A stretch of DNA of 64,000 nucleotides from Amphiscolops sp. MND2022 (GCA_964187785.1 OZ076409.1:81966001-82030000); one strand, 5' to 3'. Shown: positions 11,840-28,068, numbered from the stretch's first letter. Notes: generated from the letters alone by a model not told the origin. Translations and numbers: made by a program.

Positions 11840-14800
11840 CTGATGGCTAAATACTCCATTTCCATCACGGAATTAACAAAAGAAGCGACTCAGCAGAATC
11901 CTCGGGTTCGTGCGTTGTTGGGGGATCTTGATGAAGACCCTGCTAACAAGAAAGTTATCAGTGTCATGTAATTGTCCTTGGGTGAGGCAGCGAGAAAGCA
12001 GTTCATGGACAAATACCCGCACACGGCATTGTGGGAGTTAAAGGCACAACAGTTAATAACATTATGCAACGAGTGCTTTAGAAAAAAGAGAAACAGGACC
12101 TTAGATCGACACAGATTTATCTCGCGACTTCAACAACCCAGGGAATCATTATTCCATTTTTGGCACGCACTAAATGGCCTTGCGACACTTTGCGATTTTG
12201 GGGAAATATCAACAACATTAATTTAGACATGTTTATTTTTCACATGAGTAATAAAAAAGTTCAAGAGAAGCTGTGTAAAGAGCCGAAAGAGCCTGACCAA
12301 GCCCTGGATTTCGCCATTGCCTTTGAAGAAGGAGTAAGGAGGCAAAAAGCATATGGGACACAATGGGCGGAACCACCGATAACGACGATAAAAAGTGAAC
12401 CGGTGTATGCAGTGGAAAAATCTAACCCCAGGGAGTGTCATAGATGCGGGGAAGCTAATTTCACGTTGGAGCATGTGAAATACTGCATGGCTACTAATCA
12501 CCGCTGTAAATATTATAAATTAATCGGTCATCTGGAGAAGTGCTGCAACAAGAAGTTTCCGCAGAGACACAAGGAATTGATGCAACGTCTGAAAAATCGG
12601 GATAACAGAAAAGGTATGCGATGAGTAAACTACATTGAGGAATCTGAAGATGAAGAATCAGAGGAAGACGGAGAGCAACTAGTTCTACGAGTAGACGGAA
12701 ATGGCTGTGAACCCTTCTACATGGAAGGAACGATGTGCGGAAATTATTTCAAAGCCATCATTGTTACTGGTTTCCCAGTCTCTATAATTACTATTTACCA
12801 AACGCGACTTACTGAAAATTGTTGGCGAGAGAAAAGTTGTAATTAGAGACATGATTGAGCATGAACGATATGTGGATAATAACGAAAAACCATTAAATTT
12901 ACGCGGCTACTATTTTGTGCGACTTGAGGTAGCAGGTGTTACCGTCTCAAAGGCTAGAGTATTAGTAGCGCCTAACTCCGGCAAATCGATCGTGGGTCGT
13001 GATTGGCTAGTTGCTCTCCGCTACAAAATCAATTAGTCAAAAGAGTGAGATGAGATGAGTGTGTAACAAATCAACAAATTGTAAATAGTTGTAATTAATA
13101 GGCAAGATAAGTCCTGGAGAAAAGCAAAATCCCGAGGTTCAGCAATTAGAAAGGGAATTTCCAAAGTTGTTCAAAAGAAAAGGACGTGTGAAAAATTATG
13201 AAATTGAAACTGATATTAAAAATGACATGAAAGTCACGCAGCAAAAAGGCCGTCGAGTACCTATTCAACTGCAAGAACAAGTAGATAAAGAAAGTGAAAA
13301 GCTGTTAAAAGAGGGGCATATTGAGAAAGTAGATAAAATTCAAGATAATGTGTATTTTCAGCCAACAGTAATAACTGTCAGAAAGGATAAGTCTGTGAAA
13401 ATTGCACTAGACGCGAGAGCGCTAAATCAATCAATAGCTAAAGATAAATACCAGATGCCTAACCTAGACAAATAAATTGATATGATTGCTGAGAAATTGG
13501 ACGAAAAGGAAGGGGAAGCCTGGTATTCATCAGTAGACATGACGTATGCTTATGGCCAAATTCCTTACACGAATTAACCAAAAAACATTGCAATTTTCAA
13601 ATAGTTGAGGGAAAATAAACAGGATCTTATCGCTTCACAACGGGATCTTACGGCCTCACAGTAATGTCAACTGAATTCCAAAAGTTCATAGATCTCACTT
13701 TGGCAATTATAAGTAGTGTATTTGTGTACATAGACGACTTATTAATTGTAACTAAAAGAACCTAGCAAAGACATATAAACAAAGTTAGAGAATTGTTAAA
13801 AATTTTGGATGAGGCTAATTTGCAGTTGAAAGCGGAGAAATGTACGATAGTGCAAGAAAGTAAAGAATGCCAGGGATATATATTTACTCGAACCGGTATT
13901 TCCCCCATTATTATAAAAGCCCATGGAATAGGCGATAGACTGCGACCAAATAATTTGAAGCAAATACGCTCAGTTTGGAGAGCGGTCAATCAATTTAACA
14001 AGTTTATACTAAACTTAGCGGCAAAAAGTTTTCCTTTCAGAACTATTTTGAAAAAAGATGCGGATTGGATTTGGGACCATGAACATGAAGAAGCGTTCTT
14101 GAAGAATAATGATGAAATTAAGAAAGTGGTTGAACAGTCACATTTTAAAAGAAACCAAGACATTAGAATAGTTTGCGATGCAAGCAAACAAGGTCTAGGC
14201 GCAATTTGACAACAAAGTCAGGAAAATGGTGAATGGAAACCAATCTGTTTTGCGTCGAGATTTTTAACTGATTTCGAAGCAAAGTATCAACGAATTAGAT
14301 TTACTAGCTATTGTTTGGGCAATCAAACATTTAAAAAATTATGTATATGGTGTAAAATGTAAAATACTTTCTGATCATAAAGCATTAATGATAGTACTGA
14401 GGCCAAGCCCAGGAAACAAGACATTTTTAAGCAGATAAACAATATGGGTAGATCGACTACTTCCGTTTGAGTTTGAAGTGATACATGTAGCAGGAAGGAC
14501 GCTAGTAATGGCCGATTACCTATCCAGACATCCCACAGAATTACAGGGAGCAGCAATAAAGGCAGACACTCTGTGGAATGAATGCTTTACTGTAAATAAT
14601 GTTATTAGCCTAAATGATGTTTTAGTGAAAAAAGAAGCGACCAGCGCAGCAACGAGCGAGCAACGCAAGCCGGCGAGAAGTGTGAACTAAAGCAATACCG
14701 TCAAACGCATGAAAGCGGCAAAATCAAAACAGCCGATCAGACCACGGGACAAGCGAAATTCGCGGGAATCAAGAGCCATTGTAGTCACAGCGCACGTAAA

Positions 14801-16647
14801 AGTAAAATGGAACGAAGCCCATCAATGAAATTACATAATGAAAAGCTGTTGCCAGCAAATTACTGCGCAGAGAAACTGATTCAGAAAGTTATTGGCTCAG
14901 TAAAAAAAGTTATCAAAACTGGAGTAACAAGTTTACCGTCCCCATGGAGAGAAACATTCCAGTCCATCTCATTAGACGAAAAAGATTTTTTTTATATCGA
15001 CAACAGACTGGTAATTCCGCAGTCAATGAGAGCAATGATTATGTTGCAGCAATGATCATTATGGCCATCCTGGCCGAGACGCGATGTTAGGAATGATTAC
15101 CCACATTTGGTGGCCTCGAGTGCATCGAGAGGTTTTAGACCAAGCCCGTCTCTGTGAACAATGCCTGCAGTCAGGTAAGAACCTAAAATGTATGTTAAAA
15201 CAAAGTCAGATAGGCAAAATAACGGAAGTTAACGAACAAAATTAAGAAGTAGCGCTAGACATTCCGGGGCCGTTCCAAAATGCGAAAAAAGAAAAAAAAA
15301 TACCTGTTAGTATCGATAGATCATTTTCGGGATGGCCGGATGCAAACATTTTACACCGCCCAACAACAAAGAATGTAATTGAATTTTCAAAACAATTTTC
15401 GCGCAATATGAAGAAAATAAGAAGAGACACCGGAACAGTATTTGTGAGTGAAGCGTTCGCCCAGTTTTGCAAGCTAATTGGAATAGAACACATAACGTGC
15501 CCTGTGAGAGATCACAGGGGAAATGGTAAAATCGAGCGATTAATAAGAACGATTAATGAAGGACTGCGTGCGAATAAACACATAATTCTAACGAAAGAGA
15601 AGTCGGGCCTGTCGCAAATTTTGTACGCATTAGGGGTGAGTAAGAAAAAAGATCGTTGGTCCCCATTCGAAAAACATATGGGAAAGGAGCCCAACACGGT
15701 AAAATCCAATTTAGTGGAGAAATTCATGGATACTTCAGAACAAGAATCAAACCTAGAATTCCAACCATCGAACTTCCAGGACGAGACGGATTCAACAATC
15801 CTTGTCAGGGAACGATCAAAAGGCTCAAAGCTGGAGCCTACGTTTGTCAAAAAGACAGGAACATTCGTGAACGAAACGGCGCATACAGTATCAATCTTGC
15901 CAGAGAGGTCAACAACGGTGAAGACGTTCTCAAAGAGAGACATTGCTTGTGCCAGTGCGAGTCAAAAAGCAAAATTCAAAAACGCAAGCAAAAGACGAGC
16001 TATGGTATCGGAGTCAACTAGTGCGAGCGAAGGGGAAGAGCCAGTGCGAAAGCAAAAAAAGAAAGGAACGGTGAAACCCCAGTGCTGGCTCTTGACTAGG
16101 AAAGAAAACAGCGACCAAATAAAATTGAAATACCGTCTGGCACCACAGAGAGCGAGAACCAGCAGAGTGGGACACGTAATGACAAGCAGGGGATAGAGCA
16201 GAAGGCAGTAGAAGAACCATACCCCAAGATTGAGCAAAACCCTGGGAAAGGGAAGCAGAAGACTGAGAAAAGCGCTATAGATCGGGACCAACACGAGTCC
16301 TCAAAAACAAGCGTTACCTTACGAAACGCTACGGCATCGACGTGATGCAATTGGAGAAGGAGAAAAATACCGAAGAGGTATAATGGACAAACAAAAGTTT
16401 TAATCATTGTAACATTTTAGTAAACTCGTGTTACGAGTAAACAGTGAATATTGTTGAGTATTATAACTTGTGTTAATTTTTATTAATACAGTTTAATGAG
16501 GATTAGAATTGTAATTGCCTCCAACGTTTAATCGGGGGAATGTGATAGAGATTGACATAATGACATAACCGATGACATAATCTTGAATGCTGTTTGTGAA
16601 TACATACTGGTACTTTGTCTTAAACCTTACATTCTATCTAGCCTCAC
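11840..16647 (+). mobile_element. Decayed Ty3/Gypsy LTR retrotransposon (5'-truncated; gag-PR-RT-RH-IN broken by many stops and frameshifts)
   Basis: Gag knuckle CHRCGEANF; degenerate protease site (~12755-12800); RT LDARALN, YQMPNLD and YIDDLLI (~13727); RNase H VCDASKQGLG and ADYLSR; integrase HYGHPG...CEQC, DTGTVF, GKIERLIRTI; PPT GGGGGAA at ~16534-16540 followed by TGTGA (probable short 3' LTR). Confidence 0.9.
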
Positions 16648-19600
16648 TTTGCGAACGCCTCTGAAAACAGACAGCTTTAACAACATTCCATTCATCATCA
16701 ATTCAATTTAGTGCTCCAAATCGTTTTCAATTCAAGTTCTGAAGTTCAGCGTTAACACCTGAACTGCCTGTTTTTGTAAAAACTTATGTGATGCATATCA
16801 AGAATCAGGGTACCATTTGTCCTCAATTGAGGACAACTAGAACATAAAAACCTTTGAGACAACTTACTCATTACGTAATTTTTTGTGCAATAGAACGTCT
16901 AAATCAAGTCACAAATCAAAGTTTTAACAAGTTATTACTAAAACTTTGTCGAGGTTATGGCACGCGGGAGTGAAAGGAGATATTCGAGCCAGACGACTTC
17001 TTCAATCTTGGCTTCCGAAACCTCAATTTGTTCATATTGGCTAGATTGAAAGTGCAAAATTGAAATTATTTGGAGACGTCCGCCTGAGGTCAAGAACAAA
17101 TAAGCGAAGTATGTAACGCTGCGCAACAAATAACAGAATACAAAATTATCAAACGATGTGAAATAACTTTGAGGTCAATGGCAGACTTTAAAGTGGTTTC
17201 AGTTTAATCTGATGCATAAATGGGGCAAAAAGTACTGCAAAACATGCATTTGTGACTCTGCTATTGTAATAATTTAAGCATTCCGACTATATCCTTCACT
17301 GTTGGGATGGTGGGAAATATTTTTTCGGAGAAGTTCTTGTGTTGAACATATAAAACGTTTCAAAGAAAGTGATTGGTTGATTGACGATTTCAGAAGTACG
17401 TCCATATCTCAATATGTTGAAGATTGTGGATTTTAGTTAAGTCAAAAGACTATGTGTACCAGACGGGAGAAACGCTAAATCGCAATGTAGTCACCAAGGT
17501 CAGATGTTAACGAAAACGCACGGCACGAGTGATGTCCAAATGAAACTGAAAACAGAATTTGGAGGCCTGTTTTAACAATTTCAATCACTCGATTTCACAC
17601 TTTCCATGTGAACCTGTGGATCGTGTTTCTTCCAAGATATGGATCGAACAGTGTTGCAATCGGATCGAAGTTGCTCACCCTGTCATCAGTTGCTATTTGT
17701 ATGGCGATTCAGCAACAGTTGAGATCATTGAATGTTCGCTGTCAGTGGTTCAAAGAAAGGAATTGAAACTGCCTAACTTTTCCAACCTTCTATCCTCAAG
17801 AAAGATATTCCACAGCAACGACCGTACTTTGGTAGTGTACGAAGAAACCTAGCGACTTTGATTGCGAAGTTGACGCAATAAACGGTCCCTGTTCTAATCG
17901 ACTTTGATACAGCTGCTTGAATGATTCTTGAGAGTATTTGGAAACCGTAAAATCTTGCAAGTTTCACTTTGCGGTATTTCTGTTTTTTTTTCATACAGCT
18001 GAGACGCCATCAAATTTACGACCATTTTAATACATAGTGACTTTGGTCACTTTGAAAACTAAAACTAAACTAACATCATCTTCGGCAAATTAGAAAAATT
18101 AGACCATTAGGGTTAAGAATTGAATCATTTAACGGCAATTCAGAGAGAAATAGGTTTTGCTCGGCTTTTTATTTTTTCCTGACACAGTTTGGGTAGCTCT
18201 GTCAAAAAGAAACAAACTATCAATCAGCAATGTTTGAACTCGTTGCAGCGGTACTTTCTTTTTTTCCTTTTATCTTAGCGTTCATCCTATTTTTTTCGCA
18301 CGATCGTATCAAATGAAAATCTGAAACAGAATGAAATCACGCCAATTTCAGCCTACGTTAAATGGGGAAAACACAATAGACGCCAACTCATGTAACGGCT
18401 TTTTAAAATCTAATTGCAGTTAGTATTGTATCTTTTCTGAAAAGATTTTTGTCCTCCATATTAATTGTGAGCAAATTACGCAAATTGCAACTTTATTTGA
18501 TGCCGCAGTTTTGATGAGCAAAGTAAATAATTTGAGAAAAAATGGGCAAAATTTTGAGCATTCTTTGAGCATTCTAACCGCTCGATAAAAATCCTTAACA
18601 CGCGCAAAAAATCACGTGAATAATCATTAGGTTTTAGCGGTCGATTTGGACAATTACATCAAAGCTCGTTTGCCTACATTCACTGAAGCTAAGATGTACT
18701 TCTTAGCATTTTCCTCCATTTGAGGAATGAATAATTTTATTGAAGTGTTCCCGCTTTGAGAATCAAACAATGCTCACCTTTTAGGTACATATTCTTGCCG
18801 TCTTCACAAGCTCAGTGACAATCGCGCAAAAAGAAATTGGCTTGTTCTAGCCCCGTGAACAAAAACGTTTTACTAAAATAACAAAAAATTATTCAAAGCT
18901 AATATAAAGGCCTAATTTTTGCCGGCAACCATCCAAAGCGAAGGCAAGATAAAAATACGTCAATCACTTACGGGCAAATCAAAGACGATCGTTCGGATCG
19001 TTGAACTGAAACCATTTTTAATTACGTAATTAGAATTGTGTTCACATCGTTTAGCAAATGGCCCTGTCTATTGGATTTTCATTTTGACATAATCAATTTG
19101 AGCTCGGGGTACAACCCTTTACATATTGCAAAGAACAACGCCTTTGAATTTTCAGTCGGGCGTAAAAAAAGGGGACCAACCTCTAATTGTTTTACCCTTA
19201 TCTGTTTCTAGAAAAGGAAATTATGCGGTATCAGATAGAAACACAATTCCTCAAGTTGCATAATTTGGGTGTTTAAAAAACATTCTCAAAAGAAGAAAAG
19301 ATTTTTCAAACACCCAAATCATGTAGATAGCGGTAGATAATCAAGAATGTCATCACGTAGACATCAATAAAGAAAAGTCTATTACACCAATTTTAACTTA
19401 AATGAAGATCATTCCAATTTAGTTGAATATCGGAGCGGCGTTGACAGCCAATTAAAAACGATTTAAAACAAAAGCAATTCAATTTCAAAATAAGTGAAGC
19501 AAATTATATTTCAAGTGAATCTAGTGAAGAGCTAACAAACTTTCGGAAGCCAATCAAACGTAGCTGTTGTCGATCACAAAAGAATTGTTCGTCACGGATG

Positions 19601-22600
19601 AAGTTTTCTTTCTCGCTGCTTACTGAACGAGTATGTTCTCAGCGATTGATTCATTTAAATTTGGAATTTAATTCATATGAACTGAAATTGTATTGCCTCG
19701 TTTTCCTTCGTTCGCAGCTAGAGCTCACTTAAAGTGATATTATTTCTCTCAATGTGGAAATATAAAGCGACGCTATGTTTGGGATACGACTCAATTTTAT
19801 TGATCAATTCACTTAAAGTAAATTTGGTGTGAAAGAAGTCACGATGTTTTTGATTATTGCTATATACACAGAAGCCGCTGTGACTCGTACGGCGACAACT
19901 CATATCAGGCGACATCTCATACCAGGTGAAAACTCATATCAAATTGAAAAAGCGACGACTCATATCAATCAAAACTCATGTCTGAAAATTGAATCATGTA
20001 TCAGCAAAAGATTGAAGAAGGGAATAAACCTATCAGTCCCGTTTTTTCTTCGGCAGAATTAACTTGAGGAAAAATTGGTTCGTAGCATGTCCGATTTTCT
20101 TTCGATCTTTTTAAAAATACTTGCCTAGAATGAAAAGTCCCAAACAGTCCTAAACAGTCCCAACCTTTGCCGAAATTTTGCATTTTCTTCATTGTTGCGA
20201 GCAACTTTTAACATATGATTTTCTAAAAGTCTTATAGAACTTATAATTATAACGCGATTGTGTCAAATTTTAATAGCAGTAGTTCAAAATGCAGTGTAAG
20301 ATATACCAGAACCTTACTGAATTTTCTAGGTTTTATAAAAACTTACACTGCATGCAGGTTCGCAGCATTTGAAATATTGCTAGTCTCAACTATTGAAAAT
20401 TTACTTTTTTAATTTTTCATAAAAAATCATAAAGCTCTGAACGTTTTTGTGATTTGATAATCCACAAAGTTGTCCAACGAAAATTACTTTCATGAAGAGG
20501 GGAGAAATTTTGGGCTCAAACGTGATTCATCTAACTGAGAACAAAAAAATCTCATCAGAATTTTTCTGGAATGAAATCCGAATTTCCAAACTGGAAAAAA
20601 ACAAATTGAAGGCATACTTTTTTTGAACTAAAAATCCCTCGAAGTCGCGCAATGCCGAAAAACAGTATACCGCTTTGTAATTCGAGAAAAAGTCAAAATA
20701 CGAAACGGAGGCCTCTTGTAACATTTAGACGTCTTTAAATCTAGGCGTTTCTGATCTTTTCTCGGTCACTTAGTCCTCATTGAAACAAAACTTGACTATG
20801 GACTACTCGCCACCATAATACCATTTCGTTTCCAGTAGCAATTCACCATTTCCTAGATCAAAGCGTACACGGTTTTTTTCCAAAACGGAAAACTTCAAAA
20901 ATAATGGCTTGCGGCTTTACAAGATTTGAACCGGCAATCTTGAGAGCAGTGACCTAAGACCTACAAAAGATGGATTGAAATTCAGTGAATATAACTCAAT
21001 AACTTTGTCTACGAGCATTAGAACTGTTTTTCCTTAGTATTCCTTTTCCGGACCGTTTTGTGCTTCGTTTCAAATCAATCAAGGATTAATCTGCGACGTT
21101 TTTGGTAACTGTTGTATTGTTTTTTTTCGGCCGAAAATGGCACTTTGATTCAAGAATAACCAAAAACTTATTCGCTTGGGTAATTGACCACCTTGTTTGA
21201 ATGTATCTATAAATTGTCATATATAACATGTGTTGCTTACCGGGCTCATATACGATGATGAAATTTTTGTTTTCAAATCAACGTGCGTAAACAACATGAA
21301 AACAAGGTCGCTGGACGAGACTGCTGGATATTTGTACACGCTTTATGCAGGGTAATTTTTCACAAAACATAGAATCAGCAGCTGTTTCGACTATTGAAAC
21401 TGAAATCTAATATATTCCCCACTTCGTTACTGACACGATCACGTTTTCACTCTTTGATTTCTCAGTTTGTAGCCAGTTCTGGCGCCGGCAATTTCGTCAC
21501 GTTTTTTTCTGTCAGACCTGGACGCAGATCTGGCCTCAGACTAAAATTTCTCTGGGCAGTAACTCGGAACATGGTAAATAAGTGAAGTTTCTTGTTTTAC
21601 ACTTATTTGAAGAATTCAAATCTCTACTGCATTTTTCAGTGGGTGGACTTTGGATATTCTCTAAAGAAAACAAAGTTAAGCGTCACTGTTTTTTTTTCGA
21701 AAATTTTTGATCGCAATTCTCAATTCTTTTGCTTAAGCTTCGAATAAAGTCGACTTTATTCGATCTACACTGTAAGACGTAGGTCTGCCCTTGTTTTTTT
21801 GCACTTCTAGTTTACAAAACTGAAGTGGTAGAAACTGTAAACTGGACACGAAAATGGATAAATGTACCATGTAAAAGTCCTCTCTTCTGAAAGTGAAAGG
21901 AAAATGTTGATCAAATGAGTAGAATTTCCAATTTGCAAAAGTTCCGCCTCATAGTTTCAAAGACTAGTCGATTGTCCGTCTTGGGAATTGCATCATGGAA
22001 CCTCAAATTGGATGGTAACAAAGTTTCAGGACAATTACCGGCTCGCCATTAATGTTACACAAGCCCTTATTGAACAAATACTTGACACCATCGTTCTATA
22101 TTAGCTCTCAATATGTGCAACTGGATCAATTATTTGCTAGAACTCCGGTCATACTAATATTCACAGTAAGTAACAGTAAACAAGTGACATGGTGAAGTTT
22201 TCAGTCGGCGTTTTTGGAGAAAACAACTATTACGATGGCTAGGTTTTTTCCACCAGCTTTTTGTTCACTTTGCTTTTTGTCCACAGGAATTCTATAGCAT
22301 AGTAGTTACTCTAAAACGTACGGCATTGTCTATTGCATTGCATATTTTCATCTCTGGGAGATCTTTTACATCTCTTTTATGAGTAGATGAGAAATCAATA
22401 TGTGTATCCAAGGCAATTGCAATAAGGGAAACAGCAGTGTAATCCTACGAGATTTGCAACCGGATCTTACTGACTTAATAGGTAATTTTAAAAATTAACT
22501 TGCATGCAAGCCTGCAGCGTGTAAAAAGTTCCAGCAGTGTCGACTAGGGTGTGCGCCCTTTGTTTCACTACTTTAGGCTTCCAAAGTAAAAAGTTATTAT

Positions 22601-25600
22601 CATCTGATCTCTTCTACAAAAGTCATCATGTCTGCATTGTCTAAATTTTCCGGAGATTTATTTTTAATACTACGGATGTTGGTTATTAATCAGAATTTTA
22701 ATATCTTGAATAAAAATTGTAACCATGAGAAGTATCTTACAGTTTTAGATTTATTCGATGTTTATTTGGAAATTTTTGTTTGCAGCATATCGCGTCAGGT
22801 TACTCAGCTATTAAACTTTCCAAAACAACATCCATGATGGGAGCCAAATATGCAGTTGGGAAAATTCCGCTGAAAAAAATGTGGCAAACGTAGGCTTCCA
22901 AAACGAGACTTGATGAATAACAAAGCAACGCAAACATAGTTTGGTGCCTCAGAATTTCATTTAAATCTTGACTATTAAATTAATAAAGCAATATGTTTAA
23001 TCGAGCAGCAACAAAAAAACTGGCAGAGTTGTTACAAAAAATAACACAATTTGTTTTGTAACTTGATTTGCTAAACTCCGCAACATTGAAACCTTAGACG
23101 GCGGGTCTATTTTATTTTATCAAAAATGTCTGACAGGCGTCAAAAATTCGTGAGGGGTTTGATCAGCAAGCACCGATTCGGAATTTTTGTCGATCTTCCT
23201 GGAGTCAGTTTCCTGTCGTTGCACTTATGAGACAAAAAACATGGCGACGATATACTTTTTTCGACTCACAGACGTTTTCTTTTCTTCCTTTTTTTTCGTG
23301 TAGTCCTAGAACTTATACTCTCCAAAAAAGCAACACGTCATATACAAAAAATGTAATAGTACAAACTATAGATGACATGGTTCAATTCACTTGGTTTGAG
23401 AAAAGTTTGAGGAAAAAGTTTTTAATGGATCAAATTCTATACAAGTCAGCAGCTCGTTGGTTTAAACTGACAACTGAGAAACAACATGTAGTCGCCAAGC
23501 GCCATTTTACTTCTTTGGATAAATGCATGGCGAACTCGGAAACAATAACGACGATAAATAATACAGGTTACTCGTAAAAACGGACCGCATGAAACTTTTC
23601 AACTGTCAAACTTCGAAATGTTTGTAAACAACTAATTGTTGATTTCAAAACCGTTTGATATTTGTTTTCAGCATGCCAATAACTTTCGATCGAACTTTAC
23701 ACATCAAAAATCAGACCAAACCCACAGTCACTTTTGATGCGTCGACACTTGGAATCATTCGCAGCAACTTTTTCAAACGTTTTGTGACGTAATAAAAGAT
23801 CCAACCTGAAAGATTGACATAAAAATTCAACAAACTTTCAGTTGCTTGTGGAGAAACAATGCTAATTTGAGACTTGAAAAGAGACTTTTGAGTTTTTTTC
23901 TGTTATGTCTAGTACCATTTTATCCTTTAGATGTTTGAAAAAAAATCTGATATAAGGAATTTGGTTATCGTCAGTTATTTAAACTATTGGTTATAGCAGC
24001 CAAGATAATCTGAGGTGATTAGCCCAACGGTTTGATTAATTTGTCCAAATAGCATCATCACAAAACTTTTCGAAAAAAATGTGGAATAATGCTATTGCCA
24101 ATTGTTTACATAATTGACATCATTATAACCAAACTCGTAATATCCGCATTCTTTTCAGGGAAAGACAACTCTTGTAGTTAGTTTGAGAAAACGAGAAAAT
24201 TTTAGCGCTTTGTTAACGTCGCAAATGTCCACTGTCTGGCAGCGTTGAAACTATACAAGTGAGCTGAAGGATGAAGTAAAAAAAAAAAGAAATGAAATTA
24301 ATCAGTGAAAGAATTGGGCACTTTTTCTTACAACGTCGGACCTTCCAAAACAAAGCTGTAAGAACCAAAATCTGAACATGGAAAGGAGTCATTGCTGAAC
24401 AAAACGTTATAGAACTACATAAACCCTAAAATACTGGGAACTGTTGGTCTTTGAAAGACTAGCATGAAATATCAAACCTTTATCCTTGAACGCCAAGATT
24501 TATTTCGACCCACATAAAAAAGTGGCAAAAATGGTTAATATCTCCCGATTTCCCAAGTAGACCTGATACCAGAAGCGGCACAACGACCCGCGTATGCATT
24601 CCAGATACGAATGTTATGTGTCCAATATTTTATGAAACAAAACAGATTTGGTCTAGCCTACTGTTGTTTGGTCTAGGCTCGAAGAAAGTTCGGTAAAAAT
24701 TCAATAATATAAAGAGGAATAGTTCTGCTGTTAGAATCAGCAATTCTTCAGGGCAATTTGTGAATGGAACATGCAATCTATGTGAGTCCATGCATGCAAT
24801 CATAAAATCAATATCTTTTATGCAATCCTATTCATGAAAAAAGAGCATCTGTGGGCATAGAATATCACCGAAGCGTCAAACCCAGAACAATCGATAGTTC
24901 CGCACATTCATTTTTCAAATTCACTTTTCACCAAGTTTTTTTGTGGAAGGAAGCGTGAGATACTTTGTTCCCAACTTTGCTTAGAAGCTGGAAGATGAAA
25001 AGGTGGGGAATATTTTTGTTTGTTCAAAAAATTAGCAAAATTGGAAAGCATTCAAGTATGGGCCGGTTCAGGTGTGAAGTCAACCTGCTTTTATTAGTTG
25101 TTCACGCCGAAGTGTTTGTTTCCCAGGTGACTGAAGTTCCACTGGCAACTCAGGTAAAGAAACTGTGAAGATTGCTTCTTCAAAGAAAAAAGAACATTTA
25201 ATTTTGAGTAACAAACATTAGCCTGGACACGTTAAAAGTTAACAAACGTTCACTAATCATAATTCTCAGATCACTTATGTTGAAGATTATATCAAACGAA
25301 CGAGAAGTTGGCTAAATCAAATTGAAGACGGTTTTAGATGGTACACTCAAGATTACGGAGTAAGCGATGTGGATTTTTGTAGCCAGAAATGGATGACCCC
25401 AGAATGAGAACTCTTGGAGTTCTTGAAAAAATTTGCATTATTGTCGAACCCTTGGTACGTCACTTGGCAAGATTTCTCTCGGGAACGCAATGAATCTGTA
25501 CGACCTTGCCAAGGGTTTCGAGTGAACAAAAATTTTGAAGAAAAACCCTGACCAGCTGCAACTTGATTAGCGCACCCATAATCTCGTCAGTTATGCAATC

Positions 25601-28068
25601 ACGAACTGCAAAATATAAAAACAAGACGGGAATCTCTAAAGTCGGCGCTATATCTAAGGCTCAAAAAGCGCAAAGTTTTTAAAATATGCCAGGACATTTT
25701 TATGAAAAGCTCAGAAAACAGTTTCGAGACACCCAAAGAATGCCTTTCATGCTCGACCAGACTCGGAAACCACTTTTCCCCCAAATGGAAAAAAAATATT
25801 TTGAAAAATCTCAGAATGCCGAACATTGTAAAAAGGGGACACTTTGGGCTTTTTGAAAATCCAGTTTGTTGCAAAATATCGAAAAAAAATTGAAAGGAGA
25901 CCATTTGGAGACAATGAAAATTTTTTTAATATCAAAAAATGACACAGTCTGTTTGAGTGACTTTTTAAGACCAGATGCTAGCGATCCATAAATTTTCATT
26001 GTTTTAGTTAGAAGTGTCAGATGCAAGAAAAGAATTGCAGGACTTTGCGTTCTTTTGTTCTTAACTTTAGCACTAACTTGGGCCGTTCCCGACTTGTCTA
26101 TAGCGCTACTGACAGTTTTCCCGAATATGGATAATTGAGGACTCCACAAATCGTTGGAGGGCCTAACTTCCGAAGTAATCAAATAACGGTAACAACGAGC
26201 TTTTTAATCAATTTATCGATATTCTCGATCGATTCATTACAAAGATGAAATTGATCGATCAAAGCTCATATCATGATTCTCAGAGGCTCTCATTCTTGAT
26301 TACATAAACTAGGTCAAACTTTTTTTATTCGAGCTTACTATTAATTCAACTTTTACAAGTTCCGAAAAGAAAATTTTTCACATTTGGCTGCTGAAATTCC
26401 CGAAGCAGTACTATAAGTTTCCAGAACTACTTAAAAGCTCTCAAGAAAGTTCAATGTAGGAGCATATTTGATTAGGATGGTATGTATTAAGGAAATGGCA
26501 TTCCTAACCCACGTTAACAACAGGTGAAGTAATTCAATTTGCTGCCCTCAAAATTTTATAATGGATCTTTTGAAAGAAGGCTTGAACTTGGGTCGATTCC
26601 ACTTGTAATTGCAACCTGTTTGCGACCATTGTCCTACCTCGTCTGATTGTGATAGCTAAGAAGTACTTTCACTCCACAGATTTAGATTATTTCACACAGT
26701 GACTTTTTGAAGTAGAGGTAAACGAAAAAAGTCATACCACTTAACTTGGTCAACTTTAACGGGCATGGGAAGAATTAGAGCCAACTGTATCCCCAGAGTG
26801 TGATTGCGGAAGTAACTAAATATCACAATAGTGGGAAGACTGCTTGGAGAAAAGTTACTCAAGATAGTCTAAATAAAGGTTTGAAGATTTATTTTCATTA
26901 TTACATAATTTTTGCTGCAACTAGCTGCTCAAATTGTAGACTTCTGCTAGTTTAGTGCCACGTGTTTTTGTAATTTAAAAAAGATGAGAATATATCAGTG
27001 GAACTTTTTCGATGGTTTTAAAAATAATATCAATAATGTCAAAACTGGGTAGCCTTGATTTTTTCATTCCCTTGAAACCTTGCTTTCTTTGCACCTTGGT
27101 CTCTTGCGTCTCTCACAAGTAATGAGTTAATAAAAAGTTAATTAAAAGATTACAATTCGGAAAATGGCAGCTTTGAACAATCACCAGGTAGAGTTCAAAG
27201 TGAAAGAGGATCAGATGTGCAGTTATGATGTAATTATGAAGTTCATAAAGGTCATTTCTTTGATTTCGGTCAACATGGGGCGAACAAATTGGAGCAGACA
27301 ACCAACGGAAGGTTGGTAACAAAGTGTACATGATGTGCTACATACAGTACCGAAAAACTCAAATTCCCTAAATAAGCTGAAGAACTTGCAACTGTTACGA
27401 ATGACACATTTGATGTTTTTTACTTCAAGAACACAGCTTTGTGAAATAATTTAGAACTTGGAGCAAATACTTGAAAGTGGCCAGTGTTAAAGACAAAATA
27501 ATTGAACTGAATCGAAAATTTGTAGCCCGTTCTTTGTCTCGGAAATATTCACGATATAATAAAAAATCCTAACCAAATTATCCAGCGGAACTCTATAGCT
27601 ATTACTACCACACAAGATTTTTGACCTTTCAACAGTCCTTTCTTCAAAATGATTTATATTTTTGTTCATCCAACGTTTTGTTTGTATCTTTTAACAGCGG
27701 AATTTGAACTAAATAATGAAAATAATTTGGGAGATTTCCACCGAAACTCCCACATGCGGCTCCGAATACACCAATCAACAGGTGGAAGTACCTATGACTG
27801 TAGATAAGCAACTGCAAACGCCTGACTGACTGCGAAACTTGCAAAAAGCAAAAAACACGATAACTTCGGTCACAAAAATATACTTGTCCCTGTTCTTTTT
27901 CGATTTTTTGTAACCTTTCCAATTGAACTATATAAGTCGCATCTACTTACCAAACAACACCACTCCATGATCTAGCAAAACATTCAATTGATTTCATTAC
28001 TATGTTGTTTGCTACTTTGAATTTTTCTGGGACTTTTTTTGTGAAATTAGTCAATTAAAAGATATTGC